DNA from: a virus
Taxonomy: Duplodnaviria; Heunggongvirae; Uroviricota; Caudoviricetes
Virus record (IMG/VR): IMGVR_UViG_3300014205_000001
Coordinates: 189,413 to 253,412 of that record
DNA: 64,000 nt
Strand: one strand, 5' to 3'
Shown here: piece by piece, positions 46,944 to 58,247 of the stretch
How the letters are laid out: each line of letters opens with the position of its first letter
How positions within the stretch are numbered: the stretch's first letter is position 1
Position numbers and translations under genes: made by a program
The notes under the pieces: model-generated
What the model saw: only the letters and a program-made list of their open reading frames with translations
Told to the model about the DNA's origin: nothing
Databases searched by the model: none

Positions 46944-47485
46944 TGTTTCCAATTCTTCATTTTAAAAATAAATTACCGACAAAAACAGAACCTGGCAGTT
47001 TTGGTTTTATTCGTAAACATGATATTCATACAGGCGTCGATTTATACACTGAAACGAAAGAATTGATTTATACGATGGAAGATGGTTATGTTGTAAGAAC
47101 AGGTCATTTTACAGGTGAACAAGTCGGTACTCCTTGGTGGAATAATACTGACTATATTTTAATTCGTAGTAAAAGTGGTTGTATCTTGTATGGAGAAATT
47201 GAATTAGTGCCTCAATTTATAAGACCCATGGTAAATGAATTTGTAGAAGCAGGCACAGTAATCGGTTATGTAAAACCCGTTTTAAAGAAAGATAAAGGTC
47301 GACCAATGAATATGTTACATATTGAATTGTACGATCATAACTATAATGGTGATGGTGTTGTATGGAATTTAAACGAACCCAAACCTGAACAATTAAGGGA
47401 TATTACACCCTTATTAAAAAAGGAATTTAACCGTCAAAAACCTCTTTTTAGAAGGCTTTTAGGTTATATTGGGATTAATATATAA
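46943..47485 (+). CDS. M23-family peptidase-like protein
   Basis: HTGVD (HxxxD) and MLHIE motifs; GTVIGYV. Confidence 0.7.
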   Translation: MFPILHFKNKLPTKTEPGSFGFIRKHDIHTGVDLYTETKELIYTMEDGYVVRTGHFTGEQVGTPWWNNTDYILIRSKSGCILYGEIELVPQFIRPMVNEFVEAGTVIGYVKPVLKKDKGRPMNMLHIELYDHNYNGDGVVWNLNEPKPEQLRDITPLLKKEFNRQKPLFRRLLGYIGINI

Positions 47486-47490
47486 GATAA

Positions 47491-48003
47491 GTGGAGAACC
47501 TATTAGAATACATAGAAGACAGACGTATCAAAAACAAATTGCATTTTGATATGAAAGAATGTGAAGAGTATATTACGACTAAATATACGTCCAGTGAAGC
47601 TAATATTTATAAACGTTTCTTTTATTACGTTCGTGAAAAAGTATATGATTCATTTGTAATGTACGAAAATAATTTATTTGAACTTAAAATTCGTGGTAAA
47701 TTAAATACACCGTTTTTCGAATTTGAAAAGGATGAAGATTATATAAAATGGTTACGTGATCGTAAAGAATTTTATGCATCAGTTAATACTATTGAAAATT
47801 TCAGAATGTTGAATTTTTTAGAATTGAGTTTAATGAATTTTATTACTGATTTAACTACATTACAAGAATATGAACTAATTGCACCTGACGGGAGTACTAA
47901 AAATTTCAAAAAGATTGGATATGGCACTGACCAAGACCAACAATCTTTCATCAAATATCTAGGTCGAAAATTCAAACAAGGTTTTACTTTTAAAGCAATT
48001 TAA
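47491..48003 (+). CDS. Hypothetical protein
   Basis: 170-aa ORF (GTG start). Confidence 0.5.
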   Translation: MENLLEYIEDRRIKNKLHFDMKECEEYITTKYTSSEANIYKRFFYYVREKVYDSFVMYENNLFELKIRGKLNTPFFEFEKDEDYIKWLRDRKEFYASVNTIENFRMLNFLELSLMNFITDLTTLQEYELIAPDGSTKNFKKIGYGTDQDQQSFIKYLGRKFKQGFTFKAI

Positions 48004-48005
48004 TT

Positions 48006-48449
48006 ATGACAAAAGAAACAATAAATGCAGCGCATATTAATGCGATCAAATCGAAAGATGTAGTAGCGAAAGCACTATTTTCAACATTCAAAGGAGCATT
48101 GGATAATGAATTAAAAAATGGTTCACCTAAATCAGAAAAAGAAATTATCGAATCTATTGCAAAAAAGTTTACTGAAAATGCAAAGATTATGGGTACAATT
48201 GAAGCTGAACGTGAAATTGAATTATTGAAACAATTTCTACCTGCTGAATTAGAAGATCATTTATATAACGAAGAAGTAAAAATTGTTGTAGAAAACAATT
48301 TAGGTCTTGCGGAACAAATTCAACAAGGCAAAGCCAATTCAGGAAAATTAATTGGATTAGTAATGGGACATTTAAAAAAGAAATTCCCAGGGGTTGCTAT
48401 TAATCCTGAAACTGTAAAAGAAGTATGTAATTTATTAATTACTGCGTAA
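48006..48449 (+). CDS. GatB/YqeY-domain protein
   Basis: AIKSKD....LFSTFKGAL...EREIELLKQFLPAEL...GKLIGLVM. Confidence 0.75.
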   Translation: MTKETINAAHINAIKSKDVVAKALFSTFKGALDNELKNGSPKSEKEIIESIAKKFTENAKIMGTIEAEREIELLKQFLPAELEDHLYNEEVKIVVENNLGLAEQIQQGKANSGKLIGLVMGHLKKKFPGVAINPETVKEVCNLLITA

Positions 48450-48925
48450 TGGATAAACAAATTGAAGATATTTTAAACAATATCAATATACCTGCTCATT
48501 GTATGGGTGTAAAATGTATGGTTGAAGGTTGTACAAATATGTCATCTCATAAAATTGGTGAAGAAAATGTATGGTCGAAAGATTATCAACCTGAACAACA
48601 TGAAGCAGCAAATATGAGTCATAATTTGACATCGTATGTTTGTGATAAACATTTTGATTTAGTTATGAAACGTGATACAAAATATGAAAGTGAAGATGTT
48701 CGTTTTCAACTTGATCAAAAGTTTATACGTTACGAATTAGATATACGTAAATGGAGTAGTAATTGTATCAAAGGTATTTATATACATATTGATGAAAAGG
48801 GAAAATCACATGAAAAAAATGAATTAATTTTAGGACCTTTTTTAAATAAAGATCGAGGTGATAAATATGCTGAGTTACTTGTAAAATACCTCAATTCTTT
48901 ACTTTCGGAACCTTCGAAGACATAA
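48449..48925 (+). CDS. Hypothetical protein with a Cys/His motif
   Basis: CMVEGC...HK...YVCDKH. Confidence 0.5.
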   Translation: MDKQIEDILNNINIPAHCMGVKCMVEGCTNMSSHKIGEENVWSKDYQPEQHEAANMSHNLTSYVCDKHFDLVMKRDTKYESEDVRFQLDQKFIRYELDIRKWSSNCIKGIYIHIDEKGKSHEKNELILGPFLNKDRGDKYAELLVKYLNSLLSEPSKT

Positions 48926-48954
48926 TATAACTAGTTGATAATCAATAAGATAAC

Positions 48955-48989
48955 AAAAATCCTAAAGTGAAAACTTTTAGGATTTTTTT
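48955..48989 (+). terminator. Intrinsic terminator
   Basis: AAAAATCCTAAAG...CTTTTAGGATTTTTT imperfect hairpin. Confidence 0.7.
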
Positions 48990-49001
48990 ATGTCAAATTA
49001 A

Positions 49002-49388
49002 TTGTTTAAATATGTAGTAAATCAAAACGTTATAATTATGAAACAAACACTGAGTACATTGCTACTGTTGGCAAGTTTTTCACTTCTTGCACAACAACCT
49101 CAAATGAAAAAAGATACCGTTAATGGCAAATGGTACACTTCTAAAGATTTTTCACCTCCTTCGAAAAATCTTGATGATGACAAACCTTTTAGTTTTGTTA
49201 CACACAAAAAAGACACTTTGTTTTTAGTAAATGAAGGTATTGGTTTAACAATTGCAAAAGTCTGGGAAGGAGATTTTTATAAAATTGAACGTGATGGTAA
49301 AAAACCTAAAATTGTTTTCACGACGCAAAATTACATTGTAGCTCGTCATTCAAAAAATACACAATCTAAATACATAGTACATGACTAA
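49002..49388 (+). CDS. Secreted protein with a signal peptide (start probably MKQTL)
   Basis: MKQTLSTLLLLASFSLLA-QQ, a typical Sec signal. Confidence 0.55.
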   Translation: MFKYVVNQNVIIMKQTLSTLLLLASFSLLAQQPQMKKDTVNGKWYTSKDFSPPSKNLDDDKPFSFVTHKKDTLFLVNEGIGLTIAKVWEGDFYKIERDGKKPKIVFTTQNYIVARHSKNTQSKYIVHD

Positions 49389-50034
49389 GGAAAAAACTGT
49401 AAAAAAGCATTATTCTCGTTCTGGGTATAATGGCGACTTTACCTACACATCAGTGTGTGGCAAAAAAGTAAAAACTCATCAGGACACGGAAGACAGCACC
49501 GTGCATCCCGAAAAAGCAAATTGTAAAAAATGTTTACAAACAGCTGAATACAAAAAGGATATTGCAAAATGTCCTGTCGATATAAAAAATCGAATTTACA
49601 TTGAGTCAGATATTTTGCAAGCTGACGAATTTCGTTCCGCCCAACGTGACGTTGTGGATTTAATTACAGCCAAAGGATTAAAATACGTTGATCGTGTTTT
49701 TTCAAAAGTATTGGATAAAGCATGGCACGATTTGGAAACTACCTGGAAAGCTGTAAAAGAAGCGGATGAAATTTACGCGACTTCTTCACTGATTCCTTTA
49801 TCTGGTGGTTCTTATATGGGTGCACCTGTAATATTCAATGGAATGTGTGAACGTGCTGTTAAAGAAGGTATTAAAGGCAAATCTGTTTATATTTTAAATA
49901 CTTTAAAAAATATCAATTGGTATATGATAAAGTTGGATGTTATGCAAAAAGCATTTACCGATAACGATTTGTACATGTGGGACGAAGATTACGACAAAAT
50001 GGTTAAAATTGACGTTTCAAAGGTCAAAAAATAA
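49381..50034 (+). CDS. Hypothetical protein with an N-terminal Zn-binding motif
   Basis: H...VCG...CKKC. Confidence 0.5.
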   Translation: MTKEKTVKKHYSRSGYNGDFTYTSVCGKKVKTHQDTEDSTVHPEKANCKKCLQTAEYKKDIAKCPVDIKNRIYIESDILQADEFRSAQRDVVDLITAKGLKYVDRVFSKVLDKAWHDLETTWKAVKEADEIYATSSLIPLSGGSYMGAPVIFNGMCERAVKEGIKGKSVYILNTLKNINWYMIKLDVMQKAFTDNDLYMWDEDYDKMVKIDVSKVKK

Positions 50035-50507
50035 TGAGTAAAGTAAATCGGATAAATCACATGAAATTAGTAAATTATGCTTCAAGTAGTAATTTACCTT
50101 TGGAACTATTGACCGAAATTATTTCGTGGCCTGATCTTATTAAATCGCCTTACAGTTTAAGTTTTTACAGTGCACCTGTCGATTGGAATTATAAGGAAGA
50201 TAAATCATTTAGAGTTTCAGATCATTGGAATTTTTTCGCAAATGATTTTACTATGCACTGTAAAACTGATATTGAAGTACCTAAAGATTTTTGGGCATTA
50301 GGACAATTTGATAGTGATTTAAAGATTTACAAAATTTTAAAGATTTACAAACCTTTATCTGATCATTTAAGCAGAATTTGCGATTTTCAAATACTTAAAT
50401 TAAATGTGTTGTATGATTACACATTACAAAATAATTTAGCATTTGAACAGAAAATCAATTATTCATTCCTTAAAAAGTATTACAAAATTTTAGAAAGAAG
50501 TAATTAA
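50034..50507 (+). CDS. Hypothetical protein
   Basis: KSPYSLSFY...RVSDHWNF. Confidence 0.5.
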   Translation: MSKVNRINHMKLVNYASSSNLPLELLTEIISWPDLIKSPYSLSFYSAPVDWNYKEDKSFRVSDHWNFFANDFTMHCKTDIEVPKDFWALGQFDSDLKIYKILKIYKPLSDHLSRICDFQILKLNVLYDYTLQNNLAFEQKINYSFLKKYYKILERSN

Positions 50508-51468
50508 CTATGAGCATGACAGAAGAACAAATTCACGCAAAAGTTGCAAAATTATTTGACGATAATGAATTAACAATTCGTGCATCACGAGTTGTTGTAC
50601 CCACAGATCATTTAGATCAATTTGTAACTGACCCAATCGATCAAATGCATGTCATTTTAAATGCGAAAGCGTATCGATTACAAATTCCAAGTAATGTCGC
50701 AAAAGGTATACGTAATAGTCTTCAGACACCTGAAAGTGACAAACAGAAAATTTGTCTTAAATATGATTTGACAAATTATTGTAAGAGTAGTAATTTAAAA
50801 GAAATTTGTAGATTTGCAAAAAAGCAAATTGGATTATCGGAAATATTTGATCAGTTCATGGATGTTCGTAAAGATACATTCACTGAACCAAGTCATTTTA
50901 ATTCCATGATGGAATATTTCTTTAAATACATGCCTTTTGTTACTATTCAAAAATATTGTGAATTTACGACCAATGATTTTACAACTGAACTCACTCAAAA
51001 AATTTCCTTTATTCATGACAAATTAGAAATGATCGCAGTCGATTATAGCAAATGAAAGTAACAATCACGACATTAAAAATTCCTTACATTGAAGCAATTA
51101 AATTGCTTCGTGAAAAAGACACAAGTAAAACAATTACTGAATGTCAGAACTTTATCAACAAAAATACTGATAAAGTGAAAATTATTGATCGCTATACAAA
51201 TGAATACGATTTATTGAACGAAATGTTTAATATGACAAGTGAACCTTATTCAAATGACGAAAAATATGAATTGTTAAGGATTCAGGAACAGGACGAAAAA
51301 GCAAAAAAGACACTTGCAGCCTGGGAATGGATTGATGACAATGTAAACGATGAAGGTAAAGCACATATTAATTTTTTAATTGATAACGGTGGACCTGGTC
51401 CTGCTTGTGGTTAATATGAAATACATTAAATACATAAAACTCTTTTTAATTGGGCTATTAAGTTTAGC

Positions 51469-51945
51469 TTGGGTGTTAATTATTACATCAATTATAATCG
51501 GATGAAATATTTACTTTTAGATATTGATTTTACTACTTTTTGGGGACGTGTACCTCGTCCTCATTTAAAGGATTTCATTGAACGTCACAATGAAAAATAT
51601 ATTTTAGGTTTCTTTACTGGCGCAAATTCTGAAAGATTAGCTGAAGCGTTTCGTTTACTGTACGATATTAAAGTTGATTTTGATATTATTACTATGATGC
51701 GAATGAATTCGTTGTACACTGAAATTTGTCCTATTATTGATTACAAAACTACTCATGGCAGTTCAATTGAAATTAAATGTTTCGATAAAGCATCAGAAAT
51801 TCTTAATTGTCAACCTACTGATATAATATTATTGGATGATATGTTGAAACATGGTCATCCCTATACTGCGCAATACATTCAGGCGCCTCAATTTAAAGGA
51901 GATATGAATGATAATTATTTAAAAACTTTAAACGTACAACTATAA
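51469..51945 (+). CDS. HAD/NIF (FCP1-like) phosphatase (start probably MKYLL)
   Basis: LLLDIDFT, RPHLKDFI, FTG, ILLDD. Confidence 0.75.
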   Translation: MGVNYYINYNRMKYLLLDIDFTTFWGRVPRPHLKDFIERHNEKYILGFFTGANSERLAEAFRLLYDIKVDFDIITMMRMNSLYTEICPIIDYKTTHGSSIEIKCFDKASEILNCQPTDIILLDDMLKHGHPYTAQYIQAPQFKGDMNDNYLKTLNVQL

Positions 51946-52529
51946 TGGCAACAGGAATCAATCTCAAAAAAGACGACACAAAAATAAAATACCTGGCAAA
52001 ACAAAAACTTCCAGGTAATATTGTAAAAGACGATATAATTGTGTATGATACAAAAAAGAAAACATACACTCTTGAAAAAACAGGTAAAGTAGTACCTTAT
52101 AATTGCGCTGAAGAAACAGCTTTCTTCAAATTGCAAGATATACCCAAATTTCAATCAGGTGATCTTGTGTTTATTCTGAAAAGCGATCACTACTTTAAAA
52201 CTATTGATAGTAAAATAGGTAAAAGCACCAGTAAAAGTATTTTTATTAATGCAAATGAAGAATTAAAAATTATTTCTAATTCCAACGGAGCTTATGTAGT
52301 TGAAATAACTGAACAACCTGGTGTCAAAGTATCAATTTCAGAAAAATTATTGTTACCATGTGTATACTGGTATTTTTATAATACTGATGGTGTATTAATT
52401 AAAGCTTTGATAGGAAGATTTCCTAAAAAAGAAATTTGGATGAAATTAATTGATCAATATTTCACATCTAAAAGTGAAGCTGAAACATGGAAAGTTACTC
52501 GACACAATTACACTAAAAAATCTGCATAA
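51945..52529 (+). CDS. Hypothetical protein
   Basis: 194-aa coupled ORF. Confidence 0.5.
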   Translation: MATGINLKKDDTKIKYLAKQKLPGNIVKDDIIVYDTKKKTYTLEKTGKVVPYNCAEETAFFKLQDIPKFQSGDLVFILKSDHYFKTIDSKIGKSTSKSIFINANEELKIISNSNGAYVVEITEQPGVKVSISEKLLLPCVYWYFYNTDGVLIKALIGRFPKKEIWMKLIDQYFTSKSEAETWKVTRHNYTKKSA

Positions 52530-53473
52530 TGGAAAACCTCATCACACAAACAAAAACTATTCAAGGTTTAGTTGCATACACTAAATCACACCGAAATTTT
52601 AATGCAAAAACAGTATTAGAACACAAGGTTAAATTGATAAATCAATTCTTTAAAAATGAGGGATTAGATTCAGCAGTAATCGCATTAAGCGGTGGAATTG
52701 ATTCAGCACTTGTTTTCAAATTATTATTAAAAGCAGCAAGCCAAAGGAACAGTCCATTACACAAAATATCTGCAATTTTTTTACCCATTTATTGTAAAGG
52801 AACAACCGGACAAAAGGATGCTGAAGTACACGTAAAACAATTGATCGGTACATGTAAAGAAGAAAATATTTACAGTTATAGTAAATATGAATTAAGTTCT
52901 GCTGCTTATGAATATTACAGAGCTATGAATTTATTGAATAAGGATTCTGATCAAATGCGATTTGTTCATGGGCAAATCGCATCTATTGTTCGAACTCCTG
53001 TTACGTATGGCGAAGCTGCACTATTACAAACTGAAGGTTATAAAAGTATCGTTGTAGGTACAACAAATCGTGACGAAGGTGCTTATATAGGATTCTTTGG
53101 AAAAGCCAGTGATGGGATGGTGGATTTACAACCCATTGCTGATTTACATAAAAGTGAAGTCATTGAATTATCCAAATTATTAGGAGTACCTGCAACAATA
53201 ATTAATCGAAAACCAGTAGGTGATGTTTGGGATGGTAAATGCGACGAAGAAATGATCGGTGCACCCTATTGGTTTTTGGAAATGTATCAAATTCTTAAGC
53301 AATTAGAAAACGAACCTTATTTAACTGAAACATTACAAGAATTAACTGATTGTCCCGAAGCAATTCAATGGGCAAAGAACATTGAAAGACTGCACCAGAA
53401 GAACAAACACAAATATGTCGTAGGTAATCCTGCTAGATTTATCGATGTATTACAACGCGAAATAATTTATTAA
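52529..53473 (+). CDS. nadE: NH3-dependent NAD+ synthetase
   Basis: VIALSGGIDSAL, VGTTNRDE, GFFGKASDG..DLQPIADLHKSEV, DEEMIG. Confidence 0.9.
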   Translation: MENLITQTKTIQGLVAYTKSHRNFNAKTVLEHKVKLINQFFKNEGLDSAVIALSGGIDSALVFKLLLKAASQRNSPLHKISAIFLPIYCKGTTGQKDAEVHVKQLIGTCKEENIYSYSKYELSSAAYEYYRAMNLLNKDSDQMRFVHGQIASIVRTPVTYGEAALLQTEGYKSIVVGTTNRDEGAYIGFFGKASDGMVDLQPIADLHKSEVIELSKLLGVPATIINRKPVGDVWDGKCDEEMIGAPYWFLEMYQILKQLENEPYLTETLQELTDCPEAIQWAKNIERLHQKNKHKYVVGNPARFIDVLQREIIY

Positions 53474-53474
53474 G

Positions 53475-54017
53475 ATGAAGAAGATAAAAACAATTGGAGT
53501 ATACCCAGGTTCATTTAATCCTTTTACAATTGGTCATTATAATATATTGCTGAAAGCACAATGTATGTTCGATGAAGTTATTGTAGCTGTAGGTTTAAAT
53601 CCGTTGAAAAAAGATACAGGTACATATACCAAAAATAAAGAAGGTGATGTGTATCAAGATATAACGGCACATCGAACTTCAATTTTAAGTGAACAATTGA
53701 ATATGACAGTACAAACGTATTCAGGTTATCTTACTGAATATTTACGTTCAATTGAAAATGAACACATAGTACGAAATGAACCTTGCAGAGTAATTTTGAT
53801 TCGCGGTTTACGAAATGGCGACGATTTAGATTATGAAATAAATCAAATTCGTGTCATGGAAGATTTAATCAAACCACGTGCATTGCATGTTGCGTTTATT
53901 AATTGCGATCGTGAATATGAACATATTTCTTCAACAGTCTGCCGTGCAATGGAAGTAATAGAAAAAAATAGTAGTCAACGTTATATTTATCGGCATGATA
54001 TGCCACACTTTTTATGA
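53475..54017 (+). CDS. HIGH-family nucleotidyltransferase, CoaD (PPAT)-like
   Basis: VYPGSFNPFTIGH, LIRGLRNGDDLDYE, HISST. Confidence 0.82.
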   Translation: MKKIKTIGVYPGSFNPFTIGHYNILLKAQCMFDEVIVAVGLNPLKKDTGTYTKNKEGDVYQDITAHRTSILSEQLNMTVQTYSGYLTEYLRSIENEHIVRNEPCRVILIRGLRNGDDLDYEINQIRVMEDLIKPRALHVAFINCDREYEHISSTVCRAMEVIEKNSSQRYIYRHDMPHFL

Positions 54018-54442
54018 AACAAAATATTGGAATTTTAGTTAGTGCAGTAATTTTATACACTTTACTAATTGTGTGGATGCGTTCTGCATACGTAAACACT
54101 TATGAAACTCATGTAGTAACTCCTGTAGTCCTTGACAAATGGCATTTTCCTGTGCAACACAGATATAAATCCCGACGATGGATTGATACTACTTATATGA
54201 TGTGTGTAAAATCACCTAACTATGGTTATGCACATTTATCAGTTGATGATATAACATATAATAATCATACTAAAAAAGATACATTATTATTTGAATGGAC
54301 CAATAAACGTTTAGGTATCTTTAATCCTAATTACGATCGAGGTTTAATGATGGATTTTACCTTTGTTGTATTACTTTCAATTATGTTGGGTTGTATTATA
54401 TTCTGGGTAGGTGGTTCGTTACTATGTGTAACACCTGATTAA
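54014..54442 (+). CDS. Membrane protein, paralog of 30045-30452
   Basis: Two hydrophobic helices; shared YGY...TY.NH motif. Confidence 0.6.
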   Translation: MKQNIGILVSAVILYTLLIVWMRSAYVNTYETHVVTPVVLDKWHFPVQHRYKSRRWIDTTYMMCVKSPNYGYAHLSVDDITYNNHTKKDTLLFEWTNKRLGIFNPNYDRGLMMDFTFVVLLSIMLGCIIFWVGGSLLCVTPD

Positions 54443-54509
54443 ATCACAAAATAGTAACTTTTAACAATATAAATTTCCTAGATACAAAAATAATGTTTAA
54501 TTATGTAGT

Positions 54510-54857
54510 ATCAAAACAATCAACGACATAGATTCTCAAGCTTTACACACTATCGCCTTAATTCAAGGTTTTTCAAATGATAGTTTAGGTGGTGAAAGCA
54601 AACAAAAAGTTTTCTTTATTGAAAAAAATCATTATTACAATCGTTTACTTACTTTAATTGATAAATACGGTTTAAAATCAACCCGTAAAGAAAATGAATT
54701 AAGCAATGGTTGTAAACGAGTAATGATCAATGTTGAATTAATTGGTATACAATTAAATTACGAAAGATATTCAATTACTTTTGTTACAGGTCGTCATAAA
54801 GATCGTCCCAATGTGATTGGTTATGTAAAAATTGAACGTTTAAAATTTAAAAAATGA
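54510..54857 (+). CDS. Unlisted 115-codon ORF with no ATG/GTG/TTG at its 5' end
   Basis: Open from ATC at 54510 to TGA at 54855-54857, which overlaps the next ATG (ATGA); preceded by the promoter-like TAATTATGTAGT. Confidence 0.5.
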   Translation: MKTINDIDSQALHTIALIQGFSNDSLGGESKQKVFFIEKNHYYNRLLTLIDKYGLKSTRKENELSNGCKRVMINVELIGIQLNYERYSITFVTGRHKDRPNVIGYVKIERLKFKK

Positions 54858-55621
54858 AATCAGCAAATTTTAGTTACTCAGCAATTACAACTTCAGGAAC
54901 TTCTAACAGAACATTAAGAGGTAAAGTTACTTTAAAAGACGATGGTACAATTACTGTAAATTTAACTGACACAAGAATGTGTTCTGCTAACATGCGATAC
55001 ATGGCAAAAAGACATGGTGAAAAAATTGCAAAGGAAGGTTTTATTGATCCGTCAATTACCAACATTGTAGAACAAAATACAAATTCTGATTTAGTTTCAA
55101 TTTTAACTAAAGAAACTCAATCCTTAAAAATTCAGTACATTGAAAAAACAAAACAATATGCTGAAAAGAAATTTAATTGGGCCAATACTTTATGGTTGTC
55201 ATCAATCACTGACCGTTACGATCGTTTCGGTATCAAATGGGAAATGAAACGTACACCTAATTATGGAAGTAATGGTCCTAGTCATATTGAAAAACCTACG
55301 CCCCTTACTGATCAAAATGAAGAACACAAAATAATGTGGGATGCATTGGACGAAGCCAAGAAAATTTACATGATGGGACTTTCAGTTTATGTACAAAAAC
55401 AAATTACTATTGCTGAACGTCATTATGAAAATTCAATTTTGAAATTAGCCCATCGAATCGAAACTAAAGGTTTGGATATTTCAAAATTATCCACAGTTAC
55501 TTCACACGTTGGTGTCAATATTGAAACTATTTTGACAGATGGTAAAATTACTGTCAAAGCGTGGACAATTATTGCAGAAGGTCCTATTCAACAACCTCAT
55601 TATAGATATTTAGTAAAATAA
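54854..55621 (+). CDS. Hypothetical protein
   Basis: 255-aa ORF. Confidence 0.55.
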   Translation: MKSANFSYSAITTSGTSNRTLRGKVTLKDDGTITVNLTDTRMCSANMRYMAKRHGEKIAKEGFIDPSITNIVEQNTNSDLVSILTKETQSLKIQYIEKTKQYAEKKFNWANTLWLSSITDRYDRFGIKWEMKRTPNYGSNGPSHIEKPTPLTDQNEEHKIMWDALDEAKKIYMMGLSVYVQKQITIAERHYENSILKLAHRIETKGLDISKLSTVTSHVGVNIETILTDGKITVKAWTIIAEGPIQQPHYRYLVK

Positions 55622-56786
55622 ATCATGAATATAACAGTAACAACAACCAAAGAATGGAAAGACGGTTCTAATAGTGAAGATAGATTTACGACAATAGACC
55701 CGAAAAAAGCTGCTGAAAAAATTAACGAAGTTAAATTAACAACAGTTAAAGAAATTGAAGAAGCTGTTGAAAACAAAATAGCTTTTGTGCAAATTTCAAT
55801 CTTAATCCAATAATATGTTAAGTAAATATATCATCGTAAAAACAGGTGCTATCCTGTTCAATAAATTGACAACACATAGTCAAGTAGGCGCGACTTTTCC
55901 TAAAGTATACGCTGCAGGGTTTTGTAATATTGAATTTGATTCAACAGGACGGCACGTAGTAACATGTACAGGTGCAAGTGAAAGTTTAAATATCAAATCA
56001 ATTCCACCTCTTGATGAATTTATCATCAGAGATACTTTGACTAAAGTTTCTCAAATTGAATATTTAGGTTTGGATGTTGAACAAATGTACGATGATTATC
56101 ACGCTTCACATTCAACCTAACTCCTTACTGACAGTAAGACTCCAGACTGTTACTCTCATCACAACAAATTTAACTGATTGACTATCAACTAGTTAACTCT
56201 TCACATTTCTTTTTATCATAAAAATTAGTTAAATATGTAGTATATGAATAACACAAAAATTACAGCTGACAGTATCGTTGCAAAAATTGCGCAACTCCCA
56301 AAATGTATGTTAACGTATCCTGTTGATCATGTACAAGGTGACGAAAAACTTTGTCAGCAATATTTAATGGAACTGTACGAACAAAAACATAATACTGAAA
56401 GTATGGTACCTTTCTTTGGGCAAGAATTGCTGAATGAAATAGTAAATTTCGTTGAAACTAATCTTTTAAAATAATGGACGTAAATGTTTTACAATACTTT
56501 GTAACTTCCAAAGTTCACAAAGCTTTAAAAGAAATTGGTTTTAATGAAGGACCTCTACCCACTTGGTGTCACGCCATTGATTTTTTAGACAGAAAATTCA
56601 AAGTAAAAATTGAACAATATATTTCACCCGCAACAGGTAAATATAAATATGGTATTCGTTTTTACAATCCTAATATAGTAAATAGTCCTTGGGAAAGAAT
56701 TTTTAATCCTTTAAGTGATTTCACACGGATTGAACGTGACGAAAGAGCTTTACTTCACGCAATAACAATTTTAGACGAAATAAAAC

Positions 56787-57947
56787 ATGAATTTCTTTAA
56801 TTTAAAAAATAAAGCTTTAGCGCTTTGCAGTTTAAATGGTAATAAATTAAATTATACATTTGAACAAACAGGTTTAACTTTTCCAATTAACGAAAAACGC
56901 AAGTTAATTGAAACAGAATTAATGATGCGTAATTTCGATGTACCCGGAATTGATGTTGAATTTTATTATCACGTTGATCGTGAAGGTAAATACACATATC
57001 ATGTAACTTCGATCCGTTGTGAAAATCCTGACATACGTATTAATAGTGATTACGAAATTCGTGCACGAGGTGTAATCATGTCTTTACATAGCGATGGTTC
57101 TGGTTCATTAGATATGTACTGTGGTGATAATTGGGAAGCAGATCGCAACGAATTTACAAAAGGTAGATTATTTCATCGCAAAATGGATAATAAAAGTCGT
57201 ATTAATTTACACTATCAAAGAAGTAATCGAGGTCAACCTTATACAGCAACAAACGATTGTAGTCGTGGTTACTATCCAGACACTGAACGTAACGAACCTC
57301 TATCATATTCTGTTCAAGAAATTGAACATAAAATTCTTGAAGGTTTGGAAGATTTATTTGATTTAATTAAAAGTACTCCACGACAAAAAATAAATCATGA
57401 TTTATTTTCGGAACCCAATCCGATATATTTGACAAATGAACTATTCAGAGGAACATTACTACATACGTATATTTCTAACGACAGTGTATATGATATTCAG
57501 GGAGGAACTCGAGGTAATTTTGGAATTGACGGTGGATGGAGACTTATGGATTTTAGTGTAAGTCCTCCTAAAGATCATCCGTATCACGAATTAATGAATG
57601 ATGGTTTTATTTATTGCGAAATTGAATGGCCTAACGGTGAAATTACAAAAAACAATTGGCATTACAATTGGAATCGCGAAAGTAAAGTTATTCTGAAATT
57701 AAAAAACATGAATAACGTTTTTGTTGTCGATGCTGCTGCAGGTGATAATTTTAAAAAGGAATGGTTCGAACAAAATCCTACACTTGATACCATGACAAAT
57801 GAAGCGTATGCCGAATTACAAAAAGTACGTGGACAAACAATGATACATATTAATGACTATAAAGGCGACTTTGAAAAACCTTTAGTAATTATTGATCGTG
57901 TTGTTGAAGTTGAAGAAATTGAAATTCTAAAAGAAAAACAAAAATAA
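56787..57947 (+). CDS. Hypothetical protein
   Basis: 386-aa ORF, no recognised motif. Confidence 0.6.
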   Translation: MNFFNLKNKALALCSLNGNKLNYTFEQTGLTFPINEKRKLIETELMMRNFDVPGIDVEFYYHVDREGKYTYHVTSIRCENPDIRINSDYEIRARGVIMSLHSDGSGSLDMYCGDNWEADRNEFTKGRLFHRKMDNKSRINLHYQRSNRGQPYTATNDCSRGYYPDTERNEPLSYSVQEIEHKILEGLEDLFDLIKSTPRQKINHDLFSEPNPIYLTNELFRGTLLHTYISNDSVYDIQGGTRGNFGIDGGWRLMDFSVSPPKDHPYHELMNDGFIYCEIEWPNGEITKNNWHYNWNRESKVILKLKNMNNVFVVDAAAGDNFKKEWFEQNPTLDTMTNEAYAELQKVRGQTMIHINDYKGDFEKPLVIIDRVVEVEEIEILKEKQK

Positions 57948-58247
57948 TGACTTCAAATACATTTATGGCTTTATTGAATTTAGAATTGATGAGGCATCGT
58001 TTTCAAGCAGCAACAAGCCACAATAAAAGAATGGTTACATTGACCAATCACAAAGGTAATAGTATTTATCTTGCAATGAGTGATGAACCCTTAAATTCAG
58101 TTGAAGTATCAGTATATAAAATATCTGCAAGGTGTTTTAATAGAATTGTTGATCTAAATACTTACACTACTGAAGATCAGGCAAAATTGTGGATTGATGA
58201 AATAATTAACATCATAGTTTTCAAATTGAAATTAAAACCTCACGAAC

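Noticed and set aside
56117-56210. Imperfect palindromes of the AACT..TTGAyTATCAA type (similar at about 7381 and 48929)
   Set aside because: Short, degenerate and AT-rich; not distinguishable from chance or terminator remnants without a motif search.
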